Assembly (NCBI GenBank): GCA_051294375.1
Contig: JBJCIZ010000042.1
Coordinates: forward strand, 62,001 to 126,000
Source: Paraspadella gotoi
Lineage: Eukaryota > Animalia > Chaetognatha
DNA: 64,000 nt
Reading direction: 5' to 3'
The notes under the pieces are model-generated. The model was not told where the DNA came from, did no database searches, and saw only the letters and a program-made list of their open reading frames with translations. The position numbers were made by a program, and so were the translations under genes. Positions 48,986-61,777 of this stretch are shown here, in pieces (position 1 is the first letter of the stretch; every line of letters begins with the position of its first letter).

Positions 48986-51900
48986 CGATGAGGAGGATGG
49001 GGTTCAGCGAAGGCATCGTCATCCTCCCTTTCCTCATGCCTCTTCTCCTTCTAGAGCTCGCGGGTATTTCGGGGTCAGGTTTTTCGTTTTCAGAAATATT
49101 TCACTTCCAGCCTTTTTTTTCTCCTCTTTCTTTAGACAGGACCTACAACTTTTGTTATTTTATTCGTCCTTTTTTTCCCCTTTCAATAAACGCTTTTTCT
49201 CTCATTCGAATATTATTTTTTAAGCCAGATGACAGTGATTATAGGGTGGCTTACGCCCAATTGTTTGTGGGACGTCGCTCCTTTAACCACGTTTTCTCCC
49301 CCTCTTTCTTATTATTCATCCTCGTCTTTGTTATCCTCTCTTTTGGAAGACTTTACTCAAAAAAATAAATAAATATATATTTTTTTTTCCGTCGTCCGTT
49401 CTCGAACGACAAGTTTTTTTTTTCTCTCTCTCTCTCTTTGTCCAACTGCTAAGAGCGGAGAAGAAAGTAGAAGGTCAGGCTTGAGGGCGTGTAACCAAAT
49501 GTTTTTTTCCTAAGGAACGCCAAAGGGAAACGTCCAGCTTTAATCCCTGTGACTTCTCTGCCAAGCAGAAGTGGCCTCAGCTAAGAAAGAGGAGAAGCGG
49601 AAGAGTCGCTTTTCCCTGGACTTCTCCGTCTGTAAATCTACGATTGAAGGGCCCTGCAGATAAGAAAATGTCGGGATAGAGGAGGGAAACGACGTTTTCC
49701 CTGGCCTTCTCTCAGACCAGAGAGAAGTGGTCCGCGCTAAGAGGAGAAGGGAACGACGTTTTTCCCCTGGACTTCCTGCTGTCTTACTATGAGAAGGTGC
49801 CGCGCAAAGAAAAAATAGAAGATTAGTAAGAGGATAACTGATCGTTCTTTCCTGGGATCTTCTCTGACAGGAGAAGTTGGCCGCTCGTAATAGAGTTGAA
49901 AGAGCAAGGGAAAACGGCGTTTTTTTTCCCCTGGAACTTCTCTGTTAGGAGAAGGGCGCCGCTGAAAATAAAGAGAGAGAGGTTGAGACTTGCAGTGATG
50001 GGTCGCGATGATGACGAGTTAAAGCCTGCCCAACTAGCTCGTGGAAATATTTTAGTTTTGGCTACTCTCCACCCGCCAAGTAGCGTCAGAGTCGTCCGCT
50101 AGGTGCTGCACGCACGCTAGCTTTATGCGTTTACCGACGAATCTAATTCAGAAACGTCCGCCGCAGAAGCGCCGCCTATCGCGTAGTCACGCCGTTGTCG
50201 ACGTCCTTCCCGACTGGCCAGTTCGGGTGATTGGTTAGTTTCACAGGTCTCGAACCTAAAGGGCGAGGTACGCCTTGCAACGTGCGGGAAGCTTCGCCGC
50301 CGACGTCTCTGTCTGAGCCAGCGAATGACCTGACCGTGTCCGCCTTCACGCAGAGTCGCCTCGTCCGGATATAATAAGAGCAGCGTATAAGAAAGAGAGA
50401 GGATTATGGTCTTTTGTGCCGGTCCGAATGGGAGCCAGGAACGGGACTAGGCCGTGTCCACCGATTCTTACCCATCGAGTGAGATAATCTTCGACGGCCT
50501 CCTCCTTCTACGTTGATTCCGCCGCCCGCAATTCTGCCGATGTGATCGGCCGAATGATTATTGACTCCTTCGACCCGCTCCTCCGCACAGTTTGATCGAC
50601 GCCAAAAGCGAAACGGACAAATCGACGGTGCGCTTCTCGCAAGGGAGAAATATTGAGGAAGTAAAGAGAGAAGTTTCTCAAAAGCTTCACCTTTGTTTGT
50701 TTAACATTTGCTCTGTAAAGACATAAGAGAAACTAATGGAGGGAAAGGATGGGAAAGTGATTGGAAATCCCCACATCGTCAATAGACGAGGAAGCTGATT
50801 TATCGCTCGGCCGCCCCCTATGTACCCGCCTCTTGGTCTTAATGCCTTCCGACCCGGATGGTACCGCTCGCTACAAGCCGACTAGATCCGGTCGCCGCCG
50901 TCGTGCCGTAAAGCATTCTGATAAAAAAGATCGAGAGAATTAAGTTGAGGTCACGGAGGTACCCCATATTTTCGCGGCTTGCCTTCTCTCTCTTTGATTA
51001 TTGTTACAAGAAATAGTTTTTCGCTTTCCTTTCTGGCCTCGTTATTTTTTGATTCTTCGTTTCTATCGACTTTAGAAATATTATGTCGGCTTTCTCTATA
51101 GAAGAAGTTCGGACTGACCTCCTCATTCCGGACCCGATCGGCCGAAAAATTCTTTCACCGCTTACTCTAACACGACCGGTGCATTAGTAATCGAGCGCAT
51201 CGGCGAAAGAGAGAAGGAGTGTTCGGTGAGAAAGAGAGAAGAAAGAGACAGGGGGTTAAGAGAAAGATAACGAGAATAAGATAACCGACGCCTGACTCAC
51301 AAAAGCGTAAATAAAATATTTAAAGAATTCGTTTCAAAAATTTCGGGAATTAGTTTAAGGTTATAAATCGGGTCTGTAGTGCTGTCGAGAATAGGGTTTT
51401 CAAACCCTGATAAGAAAGTCCAGTACTAAGTCGAAGCGATCTCCGAAGATTTACTAAAGTAATAAATTTTTTTTTAAAAAAAATATAAGGAAAAGACGTC
51501 CGGGGGACACATCGACCTGGAGAAATAAAATTTCCAATTTTCCCCTTTCGAAATAAAAGAGGATAAAGACAAAAAAAAAGATGATAGGAATTCTGATTAT
51601 GAAAGAAAGAAGAAATGGTGGGATGGTTTTACCTCTCAGTGACATGAGTGACGGACCGACCGCTTCCCGACTCGGTGTAGCCGACTGCCAACGCCGGCCG
51701 GAAATTTTCGTGTCCTACGCGGACGGCAACTGGTGGACAATCTGAAAGAGTGCTTAGAGTATTTGCCATGGTCTAACGAATGTCCCCCAGTGCGCGTCTA
51801 TTCTTCTGCCTATGTGCCGGCTGCTTCTCCACCCCATCCAGTGCAGTGTCCGTATCGATAAGACCTACTGCGCGAAGTAGCGGCCTCTGGGGTTCGGATA

Positions 51901-54900
51901 TCGGCGAAGCGGACGCCAATAGGCACAGGGACGGCAGCTTCCGTATGGCTTGATCGAGTCGGACTGCCTCGAGATAGGCGACGCGCCCATCTTTTAAAGT
52001 CCTGGTTTTCGAATTTCGTTTTGAATTTAATTTTTTTTTCTTCTCTCTCTTTTCCCGACGCCCGCGATCTCATTTCTGAGAATTCCCCCGTCCTAGGACT
52101 GTGAAGTAAACAAGAAGAAAAGTAAAAAGAGAGAGAATTTACTTAGTAGTTTTTTTTTAGTTTCGCTTTTTTTTTTTCCGCCTCTTCGGATCTAGATCGA
52201 GAAAACAGGAGAAAGAGGAGAAAAGAGTGAAAATAAGAGGCTAGAAAAGAAAAAAAGAAAAGAGAGAGAAAAAAAAGTGGTGGAAAGTATAGAAAAAGTA
52301 GACGCCGGCAAGAATTGATTTTCAAGCGACGCTTTCGGAGTCCTCTGCGCTCTCCGCTCTTCTCGCCACGCTCCAAAATCAGGAGGGTAATTAACATGGC
52401 TGGAGCCACAGAAGGCGAATCGCTGTACGGCGCACCGGAAGTGATCCGGAGAGCGAGTGAGAGAAAAGTGAAGAGAACGAGAACGAGCGTGGCCAGCGGC
52501 CTTTCACGTGCAGTATCCCCTGGACTACAGCCGGCATTGACGATAGCAACGACGGCGCCGTTCCCTGATCACGTGACCCAGACGCGTCTGATCGAACGCC
52601 CCCATCGGAATCGTGGGCGTCGCTCCCACAATTTTCCGCTACCGGCGCCCAAACGCCGCCCGCCATTCAATTCGGACTCTTTCCGCAGGAGGAGAAATAA
52701 AATCGTACGAGAGCGCGCTTCAAGGCTGCTCGATGTGGTGCGGTCAGCGGATATGAAAAACTGCCAGCAGGACTTGGCCTCTGCGGCGTCACAGTCGTGC
52801 GAATTGATCCACGGCGAAAACAGAGCAACTGAAACGGGCGTTAGATGACGCCGAATCAGGAAATGGTCAACTACAAAGACCAGAATACAGATTAGCGCGT
52901 CGGAAAACGCCGAGCTGCGGGAGGCGCTGGAATTTTTAAGACTCAGATCCACACCAAAAACGCCAGGAGGCGTCCGTCGAGCTAAGGAAGCGTAAACGGA
53001 AGACGACGCCGCGTCAGTGCCACTTCCGTTTAACGGAGGCAGATAGCTAGCGCAGACGAATCGGATGAAACGGCGTCCTTGCCACAATCGACGCGCGGTT
53101 AAGCGCCCTTTTTCCCGACGAGACGCTTCAGATGGCTCCGTCCAGCGCCGGTTTCACACCGCTGAAAAAAGAAATCGCGACGGAGGACGAGGTTGAGAGA
53201 CTGAGAGAGATGCTGAGCTGCGCCGGCGCAAAAGGAGAAAAGTATAGAGAACGATTGAAAGAAGGAAATCGTATGGTCAGCGGCGTTCGAGGCTTCACGG
53301 CGGGGGATAAGCCGCCAGAGAGCGCGCCGGAGACATAGCGATAGAGGCGTCCCGGTTAAGAAGAAAGCATCGAGCATTTCTTTTGCAGGTGGAGATGATC
53401 CGCCGGAAACGTCGTCAGCACGCGTCGCGTTAACTTGACGACATGAAAGCAATAGATTTTTTCTCAAGAGAGAGCACCACCCGACTTTACAGATTATCTC
53501 AAGTCGTTGAGAACGTTTGTCAACGCCTTCCTCATGAGAGGTCTACGGACGCTAACAAGGTGGCGTCGGAGCTCTTCCTGCAGCCTGCACAGTCCGTTAT
53601 AGCTCTGACTTATCTCCATGAGCTGGAGAAGGCTGGACTGGAACTGCCAAGACCCCGACAGTCGCCGAAATATTCAGAGTCACTCGNNNNNNNNNNNNNN
53701 NNNNNNNNNNNAGTCCTCGAGGTCTGTGACTTCGACCACAACAGCTTGAGCAAGAACGCCAGATTTTATCACATGACCCAAAAAGACAGAGAAGACGCAG
53801 CAGATTGGCTGAAGCGTTTGGAAAAATGCTACGATGCCATCTATGCATCAATGGGGGCGTCGGCCCAATACAGCAATCGTCGCCTCCATGAGATAAGAGG
53901 GCGATTCATTGATGGTGGCAAATTTCAGCCTTGGGTGGGTGATAAGCTCCGCCCCTTTCAAAATTTGGCGGACATGGCCTTGACGTGCAGAGACTTGTTA
54001 GAAAAAGAGAAAGATAAGTTGTCAGGGAGAGATGCGCGTCAGCAGCGGCAGCAAGTGCAGCAGTACCGTCCATTCGGGCAATGCCCCCAGCGCCAGTTCC
54101 AGCAGAATCAGCAGCAACAACAGCCGCCGCCATCTCGGCCCCAGCCGGCGCAACATGTCGCATTTGCCGCCTTGGCGCCACCTACGCAGCCGCAGCAGAG
54201 CGCCCCCGCCGCGTTCGGCCAGCCTTATGTCCGCGCAGATGGATCGGTCACGTTCCGCCCAAAGAAAGTGGATCGTCTTCCGGCGCCACGCGATCAGCAA
54301 CGGATGCCGCTGGATGGCGAGCACGCGCCGGACTTTCGAGGCCGCGTCTGTTTGAATTGTCGGCTTATCAACAAACATTTGACGGGCTGCTGCCCATATC
54401 AGGATTACTTGTGTGCTGTTCGCGGAAGAGAACGACCACATCACGAGATATTGCCCGAATGCTGCCGCAGCAGCATCAGCAGCAGCAGCAGCAGCAACCG
54501 CCACACCGGAATTGATGGTCAGCGCGTCCCCGGGGGAGATCATCTTGGCAATTTCGTCGACGCTCTCCCAAAACAGCTGCTGGCCAAAGAAATTTTCCGC
54601 TGGTACATATTTTTAAACAATACTTTAACTGCACGCTTCCACTCTCTCTTCAGATCACACCCTGACGATCCCATTCGAGACCACTCGGGGATCTCTCCGG
54701 GCGGCGCCGTCGTCCGAAGCGCGGCTTCCGCGGGCGACTGTGACATAAACATTTATTGTTAATTGCATTGTCCTTTTCCACACTATGATTATCTATTGAA
54801 TTTTGATGATGTACTGGATTGTTTACATTGCTGAGGCCTCCGAAATAGAAAGCAAGGAAAAGACGCCGCCACGCACTGCGCGTCCGCCGCTCTGACGTCC

Positions 54901-55508
54901 GCCATCCGTTTTCGCCCAACTCCTTCAGATGCGCGCCGAATTCCAGATCTCCTGATTGGCGCGCCGGGCCGACGCAGGAGACGCACGATGACAATCCGCG
55001 CTGTACTAACGGCATCAGCCTAGCAGAGCAGATGGACAATAGTCGGAAAAGAATTGCAAAAACAGCAGTCTTGCTGGCCTATAAGGACCCGACGAAGATC
55101 AAATTCAAGTCACCTTGTCCCACGCGAAAAAAGGGAAAAAAGTATTCGCCGTCCAAATCTCTCCCTAGGGGCAAATCCTGTCGGCACCTCCCCCGGGCGG
55201 GCTCCCCCAGGGGAAAAATCTGAAAAATGTAGAAAATCTTGATTTTTTAGATACTAGCCCCAAAACAGCATGCCTGATAGGCCATTGGCCAGTTATACAG
55301 CCTGATAACAGCCAAAACACTAATATTAAAGCTAATATAAGTAAAAATAATCAAACTACATGGGATTTACAGCTAGGAGAGGAACTAAGGCAAACTCTTT
55401 ATGCGGAACAGGCTGAGGTCACCAGTGCCTTCCTAATAGCTGAAAAAGAGTCTTCTGTATCCCCAACGAAAAGATCAATAACGAGAATGCTGCAGCAATG
55501 GACACCCT
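48986..55508 (+). mobile_element. Gypsy family B copy 2 (LTR to start of pol, very noisy)
   Basis: LTR 48986-49246; collinear with 55839-61927; gag capsid/NC segment 53443-54620. Confidence 0.85.
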
Positions 55509-56084
55509 NNNNNNNNNNNNNNNNNNNNNNNNNNNNNNNNNNNNNNNNNNNNNNNNNNNNNNNNNNNNNNNNNNNNNNNNNNNNNNNNNNNNNNNNNNNN
55601 NNNNNNNNTGGGATCGACAAAAACGACGACGATAATTTGAACGATGCGATTAATTGTTTCAGGGTTTAGGTTAGGCATAAGGTTTTTCCCAGTTTAGGGA
55701 ATAGATATTAGGGATTACGGTAGGGGTAGGGATTCTTCTTAGGGTTGGGATTAGGTTTGGGATTAGGGTCGTTTTTTCCTACGCTACTTTTGCCAACAAT
55801 AAAATTCTGGCTAGCTGCGTGATTCAGCAAAGAGAAAGCGATGAGGAGGAGGGGTTCAGCCGAAGGCATCGTCATCCTCCCCTTTCCTCATCCTCTTCTC
55901 CTTCGAGCTCGCGGGATTTCGGGGTCAGGTTTTTTCGATTTCAGAAAGATATCACTCCACCTTTTTCCCTCTCTTAGACAACCTACAACTTGTTGTTATT
56001 TTATTCGTCCTTTTTTTTCTCCTTTCAATAAACGCCTTTTCTCTCATTCGAATATTATTTTTGCCAGAGACATGATATATAGGG

Positions 56085-56102
56085 TGGCGCCCAATGTGGG
56101 AC
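56085..56102 (+). promoter_or_regulatory. PBS, tRNA-Lys(CUU)
   Basis: TGGCGCCCAATGTGGGAC vs canonical Lys1,2 PBS TGGCGCCCAACGTGGGGC (16/18). Confidence 0.85.
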
Positions 56103-58204
56103 GTCGTCCTTTAACCACGTTTCTCCCCTCTCTTTTTCACCTCTCTTTTTCCTCTCTTTTGGAAGACTACTCAAAAAAAAAAATATATATTTTTTTTCCG
56201 TCCGTCCGTTCTCGAACGACAGGTTTTTTTTTTTTTTCTTCTCTCTCCTCTTTCCAACTGAAGAGCGGAGAAGAAAGGAAGGCAGGGCTGAGGGCGTTAA
56301 CCAATTTTTTTCCTCAGGAACGCCAAAAGGGAAACGTCGTTTTTCCCTGGACTTCTCTGCCAAGAGAAGGGCCTCGCTAAAGAAAGAGAGAAGGGAACGT
56401 CCGCTTTCCCTGGACTTTTCCGTTCGAGAGAAGGGCCCTGCAGAAGAAAAAGTGGAAGAGGAGGGAAACGCGACGTTTTCCCTGGCCTTCCTCAGACAGG
56501 AGAAGGGCCGCGCTAAGAGAGAAGGGAAACGACCGTTTTTTCCTGGACTTCTCTGCCGAGAGAAGGCGCGCGCAAGAAAAAAAAGTAAAGTAAGAAGGGA
56601 AACGACGTTTTTCCCTGGACTTCTCTGACAGGAGAAGGGCCCGCGTTAGAGTGAAAGAGAAGGGAAACGGCGTTTTTTTTCCCCCTGGACTCTCTGTTAG
56701 GAAAGGGCCGCGCTGAAAAAAAGAGAGAGAGGTGAGAGCAGGATGGCGCGATGATTGACGAGGTTAAGCCGCCAACAGCTCCGGGAAATATTTGAGTTTT
56801 GGCTACTCCACCCGCCAGTAGCGTCTCAGAGTCGCCGCAGGGTGCTGCAGCACCGGCTAGCTATCGTTTACCAGAGATCAATCCAAACGTCCCGCAGAAC
56901 GCCGCCTATCGCGTAGTCACGTGTTGTCGACGTCTTCCGGACGGCAGTCGGGAGGTAGTTCACAGGTTCTCGAACCTAAAGGGGGAGGTTACGCGTTGCG
57001 ACGTGCGGGGAGCTCGGCCGCCGACGTCTCGTCTGAGCCGGAAGACCTGACGTGTCCGCCTACGCAGTCGCGCCGAAAGAGCAGCGTTATAGAGAGAGAG
57101 TAGGTCCTTTTGTGCCGGCCGGATGCCGAGAACGGAGGCGGTCACCGTCCCCCATCGAAGTGAGAATCGTCGACGCCTCCTCTACGTTGATCCGCCGCCG
57201 CAATTCGCCGATGTGATCCGGCCGATGATTATTGACCTTCGACCCGCCCTCCGCCAGTTGACGACGCCAAAGCGAAAGCGGACAAATCGGGGGCGTAAGA
57301 GAAAAGAGAGGAAAGAGAGAAGTTTCAAAGCTTCCCTTTTGTTGTTTTACATGCTCTGTAAACATAGAGAAACTTAATGGAGGGAAAGGATGGGAAAGTG
57401 ATTGAAACCCCACCATCGTCAAAGACAGGAAGCTGATTATCGTGCCGCCCCCTATGTACGCCGCCCTTGGCTTTGCCCCGACCGCGGTATCCGCTCGCTA
57501 AAGCGACAAGGATCCGGTCCCGCCGTCGCCGAAAGCATCTGAAAAAAAGAGAGAGAATTAAGATTGAGGTCACGAGTACCCAATTTTTCGCGGCTGCCTT
57601 CTCTCTCTTCTTTATTTGTTAAAGAAATAGTTTTCGCTTCCTTTGCCTCGTTATTTTTTTGATTTCTCGTTTCTATCTCGACTTTAAATTTTGTCGCTTT
57701 CTCTAAAAGGTCGCGACTGACCTCCGCATTCCGAGACCGATCGGCCGAAAATTTCTTCACCGCTTATCTAAACGCACCGGTGATTAGAAATCGAGCATCG
57801 GCGAAAGAGAGAGGGGTCGGAGAAAGAGAGAGAAAGAAGGAAGGGGGTTAAGAGAAAGAACGAGAATAAGATAACCGACGCCGACACAAAGGAAATAAAA
57901 TTTTAAAAGTCGTTTCAAAAATTCGGGAATTAGGTGATAAATCGGGCTGATAGCTGTCGAGAAAGGGTTTTCAAACCCGATAAGAGCCAGACAGTCGGGC
58001 CGATCTCCCGAAGCATTTATCTGAAAGTAATAAATTTTTTTTAAAAAATAAAGGGAAAGACGTCCGGGGACACATCGACCCGGAGAAATAAAAATTTCAA
58101 TTTTCCCTTTCGAAATAAAAGAGGATAAAGACAAAAAAAAAGAATGAAGGAATTCTGATTATGAAAAAAAGAAGAAAGGTGGATGGTTTACCTTCAGTGA
58201 GTCA

Positions 58205-58546
58205 TCAGTAGTGACGGACGACCGGCTCCCGACTCGCGTGTAGCCGACTGCCACGCCGGCCGAATTTTTCGTGACGCGGACGGCAACTGGTGGACAAACT
58301 GAAGAGGCTTATTTGCATGCTAACGAATGTCCCCAGTGTCGCGTCTACTTCTTCTGCCCTATGTGCGGCTGCTTCTCGCACCCCATCCATCAGTGCCGTT
58401 CGAAGACCTACTGCGCGAGAGGGGCCTCTGGGGTTCGGTCTCGGGAGCGGACGCCAATAGGACAGGGACGGCAGCTTCCGGTGACGAGTCGGACGCCTCG
58501 AGATAGCGACCGCGCCACTTTTAGTCGCTTTCGAATTCGTTTTTGA
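58205..58546 (+). CDS. Family B accessory ORF-C, small CCHC zinc-knuckle protein upstream of gag
   Basis: HANECPQCRVYFFCPMCGCFSHPIHQC contains CX2CX4HX4C. Intact N-terminus with ATG in copy 1 (46731). Confidence 0.6.
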
Positions 58547-58887
58547 ATTTAATTTTTTTATTCTCTCTCTCTTTTTCCCGACGCCCGATCTCATTTCTGA
58601 GAATTCCCCCGTTGGCGTGAAGAAACAAGAAGAAAAGTAAAAAGAGAGAGAATTTTACTTACGTACGTTTTTTTATTAGTTTCGCTTTTTTTCCGCCTCT
58701 TCGGATCGAGAGAGAAAGGAGAAAGAGGAGAAAAGAGGAAGAGGAGAAAAGAGAAAAAAAGAAAAGAGAAGAAAAAAAAGTGGAAAAGAAGAAAAGTGAC
58801 GCCCGGCAAGATTGATTTTTTTAGGCGACGCTTTCGAGTCCCCGCGCTCCCGCCTTCTCGCCACGCCCAAACAGGAGGGTAATAAAC

Positions 58888-61020
58888 ATGGCGGAGCCAC
58901 AGAAGGCGATCTGCGGCGCCACCGGAAGTGATCCCGGAGAGCGATAGAGAAAAGGAAGAGACGAGACCGCGTGGCCGCGGCCTTTCACGTGCAGATTCCC
59001 TGGACTACAGCCGGCAGACGATGCAACGAGCGCGTTCCCGATCACGTGACCCGAGCGCTGATCGAACGCCCCATTCGGAATCGTGGGCGTCGCTCCCACA
59101 ATTTTCCGTCCGGCGCCAAACGCCGCCCCCTTCAATTCGGACTCTCCGAGGAGGACGAAATAAAATCCGTACGAGAGCGCCTTCAGCTGCTCGATGTGGT
59201 GCGGACGGATAATGAAAAACTGCAGCAGGACTTGGCCTCTGCGGCGTCACAGTCGTCGATGATCCACGGCGAAAACGAGCAACTGAAACGGGCGTTAGAT
59301 GACGCCGAATCGGAAATGGTCAACTACAAAGACCAGAATACAGATTTAGCGCGGGAAAACGCCGGAGCTGCGGGAGGCGCTGGAATTTTTAAGACTCAGA
59401 TCCACACAAAAACGCCCAGGAGCGTCCGTCGAGCTAAGGAAGCGTAAAACGGAAGACGACGCCGCGTCAGTGGCCACTTCCGGTTTAACGGAGGCAGATA
59501 GCGCGCGGACGAATCGATGAAACGGCGTCCTTGCCACAATCGACGGCGGTTTAAGCGCCCTTTTTCCCGACGAGACGCTTCAGATGGCGTCCGCTCAGCG
59601 CCGGTTTCACCCTGAAAAAGAAATCGGCGACGGAGGACGAGGTTGAGAGACTGAGAGAGATGCTGAAGCGCGCCGAGGCCAAAAGAGAAAAGTATAGAGA
59701 ACGATTGAAAGAAGTGAAATCGATGGTCAGCGGCGTTCGAGGCTTCACGGCGGGGGATAAGCCGCCAGAGACGCGCCGGAGACAAGCGATGAGGCGGCCG
59801 TTAAGAGAAAGCATCGAGCATTTCTTTTTGCAGGTGGAGATGATCCGCCGGAAACGTCGTCAGACGCGTCGCGTTACCTTGACGACATGAAAGCAAAGTT
59901 TTTTCCAAGGAGAGAGCACCACCCGACGTTTACAGATTATCTCAAGTCGTTGAGAACGTTTGTCAACGCCTTCCTCATGAGAGCACGGACGCTAACAAGG
60001 TGGCGTCGGAGCTCTTCCTGCACGCCTCACAGTCCGTGTATAGCTCTGACTTTCTCCATGAGCTGGAGAAGGCTGGACTGGACTGCCAGAACCGACAGTC
60101 GCCGAAATATTCAGAGTCCTCGAGGTCTGTGACTTCGACCACAACAGCTTGACGGAGAAACGCCAGATTTTATCACATGACCAGAAAAGACGGAGAAGAC
60201 GCAGCAGATTGGCTGAAGCGTTTGGAAAAAATGCTATGATGCCATCTATGCATCAATGGGGCGTCGGCCCAATACAGCAATCGTCGCCTCCATGAGATAA
60301 GAGGTCGATTCATTGATGGTGGCAAATTTCAGCCTTGGGTGGGTGATAAGCTACGCCCCTTTCAAAAATTTGGCGGACATGGCCTTGACGTGCAGAGACT
60401 TGTAGAAAAAGAGAAAAGAAAAGTTGTCAGGGAGAGATGCGCGTCAGCAGCGGCAACAAGTGCAGCAATACCGTCCATTCGGGCAACGCCCTCAGCGCCA
60501 GTTCCAGCAGAATCAGCAGCAAACAACAGCCGCCGCCACCTCGGCCCCAGCGGCGCAACATGTCGCATTTGCCGCTGCTCGCCACATACGCAGCCGCAGC
60601 AGAGCGCCCCCGTCGCTTCGGTCAGCCTTATGTCCGCGCAGATGGATCGGTCACGTTCCGCCCAAAGAAAGTGGATCGTCTTCCGGCGCGCGCGCGATCA
60701 GCAACGGATGCCGCTAGATGGCGAGCACGCGCCGGATTTTCGAGGTCGAGTCTGTTTGAATTGTCGGCTCATCAACAAAACATTTGACGGGCTGCTGCCC
60801 ATATCAGGATTACTGTGTGCTGTGCGGGCAAGAGAACGACCACATCACGAGATATTGCCCGAATGTGCCGCAGCAGCAGCAGCAGCAGCAGCAGCAACCG
60901 CCACACCGGAATTGACGGTCAGCGGCGTCCCCGGGGGAGATCATCTTTGGCAATTTCGTCGACGCTCTCCAAAACAGCTGGCCAAAGAAATTTTCCGATG
61001 TACATATTTTAAACAATACT
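58888..61020 (+). pseudogene. Family B gag (coiled coil, capsid, zinc knuckles), frameshifted as assembled
   Basis: MAEPQKA start, coiled coil, FYHMTQK..EDAADWLKRL (major-homology-like), CLNCRLINKH and CAVC..NDHITRYC. Confidence 0.8.
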
Positions 61021-61218
61021 TTAACTGCACGCTTCAACTCTCTCTTCAGATCACACCCTGACGATCCCATTCGAGACCACTTCGGGGATCTCCCGGGCGG
61101 CGCCGTCGTCGAAGCGGCGGCTTCCGCGGCCGACTGTGACATAAACATTTATGTAAATAATGCATTGGTCTTTTCACTAACAATAAATATTGCTGATGAT
61201 GTTTCTATTGATTTGATG

Positions 61219-61532
61219 AATGTACTGGATTGTTTACATTGCGTGAGGCCTCCGAAATAGAAAGCCAAGGAAAAGACGCCGCCACGCCCACCATGTGCGT
61301 CGCCGTTGACGTCCCGCCATGTTTCGCCCAACTCCTTCAGATGCGCGCCGAATTGCGAGATCTCCTGATTGGCGCCGCGCGCGACGAGGAGACGCAGATG
61401 ACAATCCGCGCTGTACTAAACGGCATCAGCCTAGAGAGCAGATGGACAATAGTCGGGAACAGAATTGCAAAAACAGCAGTCTTGCTGGCCTTAAGGGACC
61501 CGACGAAGATCAAATTCAAGTCACTCACTTGA
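61219..61532 (+). CDS. Family B ORF-D (~100 aa) between gag and pol
   Basis: Open frame ...CVAVDVPPCFAQLLQMRAELRDLL...AVLLALRDPTKIKFKS; homologue at ~54809-55120. Confidence 0.4.
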
Positions 61533-61777
61533 TCCCACGCGAAAAAAGGGAAAAAGTATTGCGCCGTCCGAATCAGTCTCCCCTAGGGCAAAATCTGGGG
61601 CACTCCCCCGGGCGGGCTCCCCCAGGGGAAAAATCTGAAAAATATGAAATCTTGATTTTTTGGATACTAGCCCAAAACAGCATGCCTGATAGGCCATTGC
61701 GCAGTTATACAGCCTGATAACAGCCAAAACACGAATATTAAGGCTAATATAAGTGAAAATAATCAAACACATCATAC

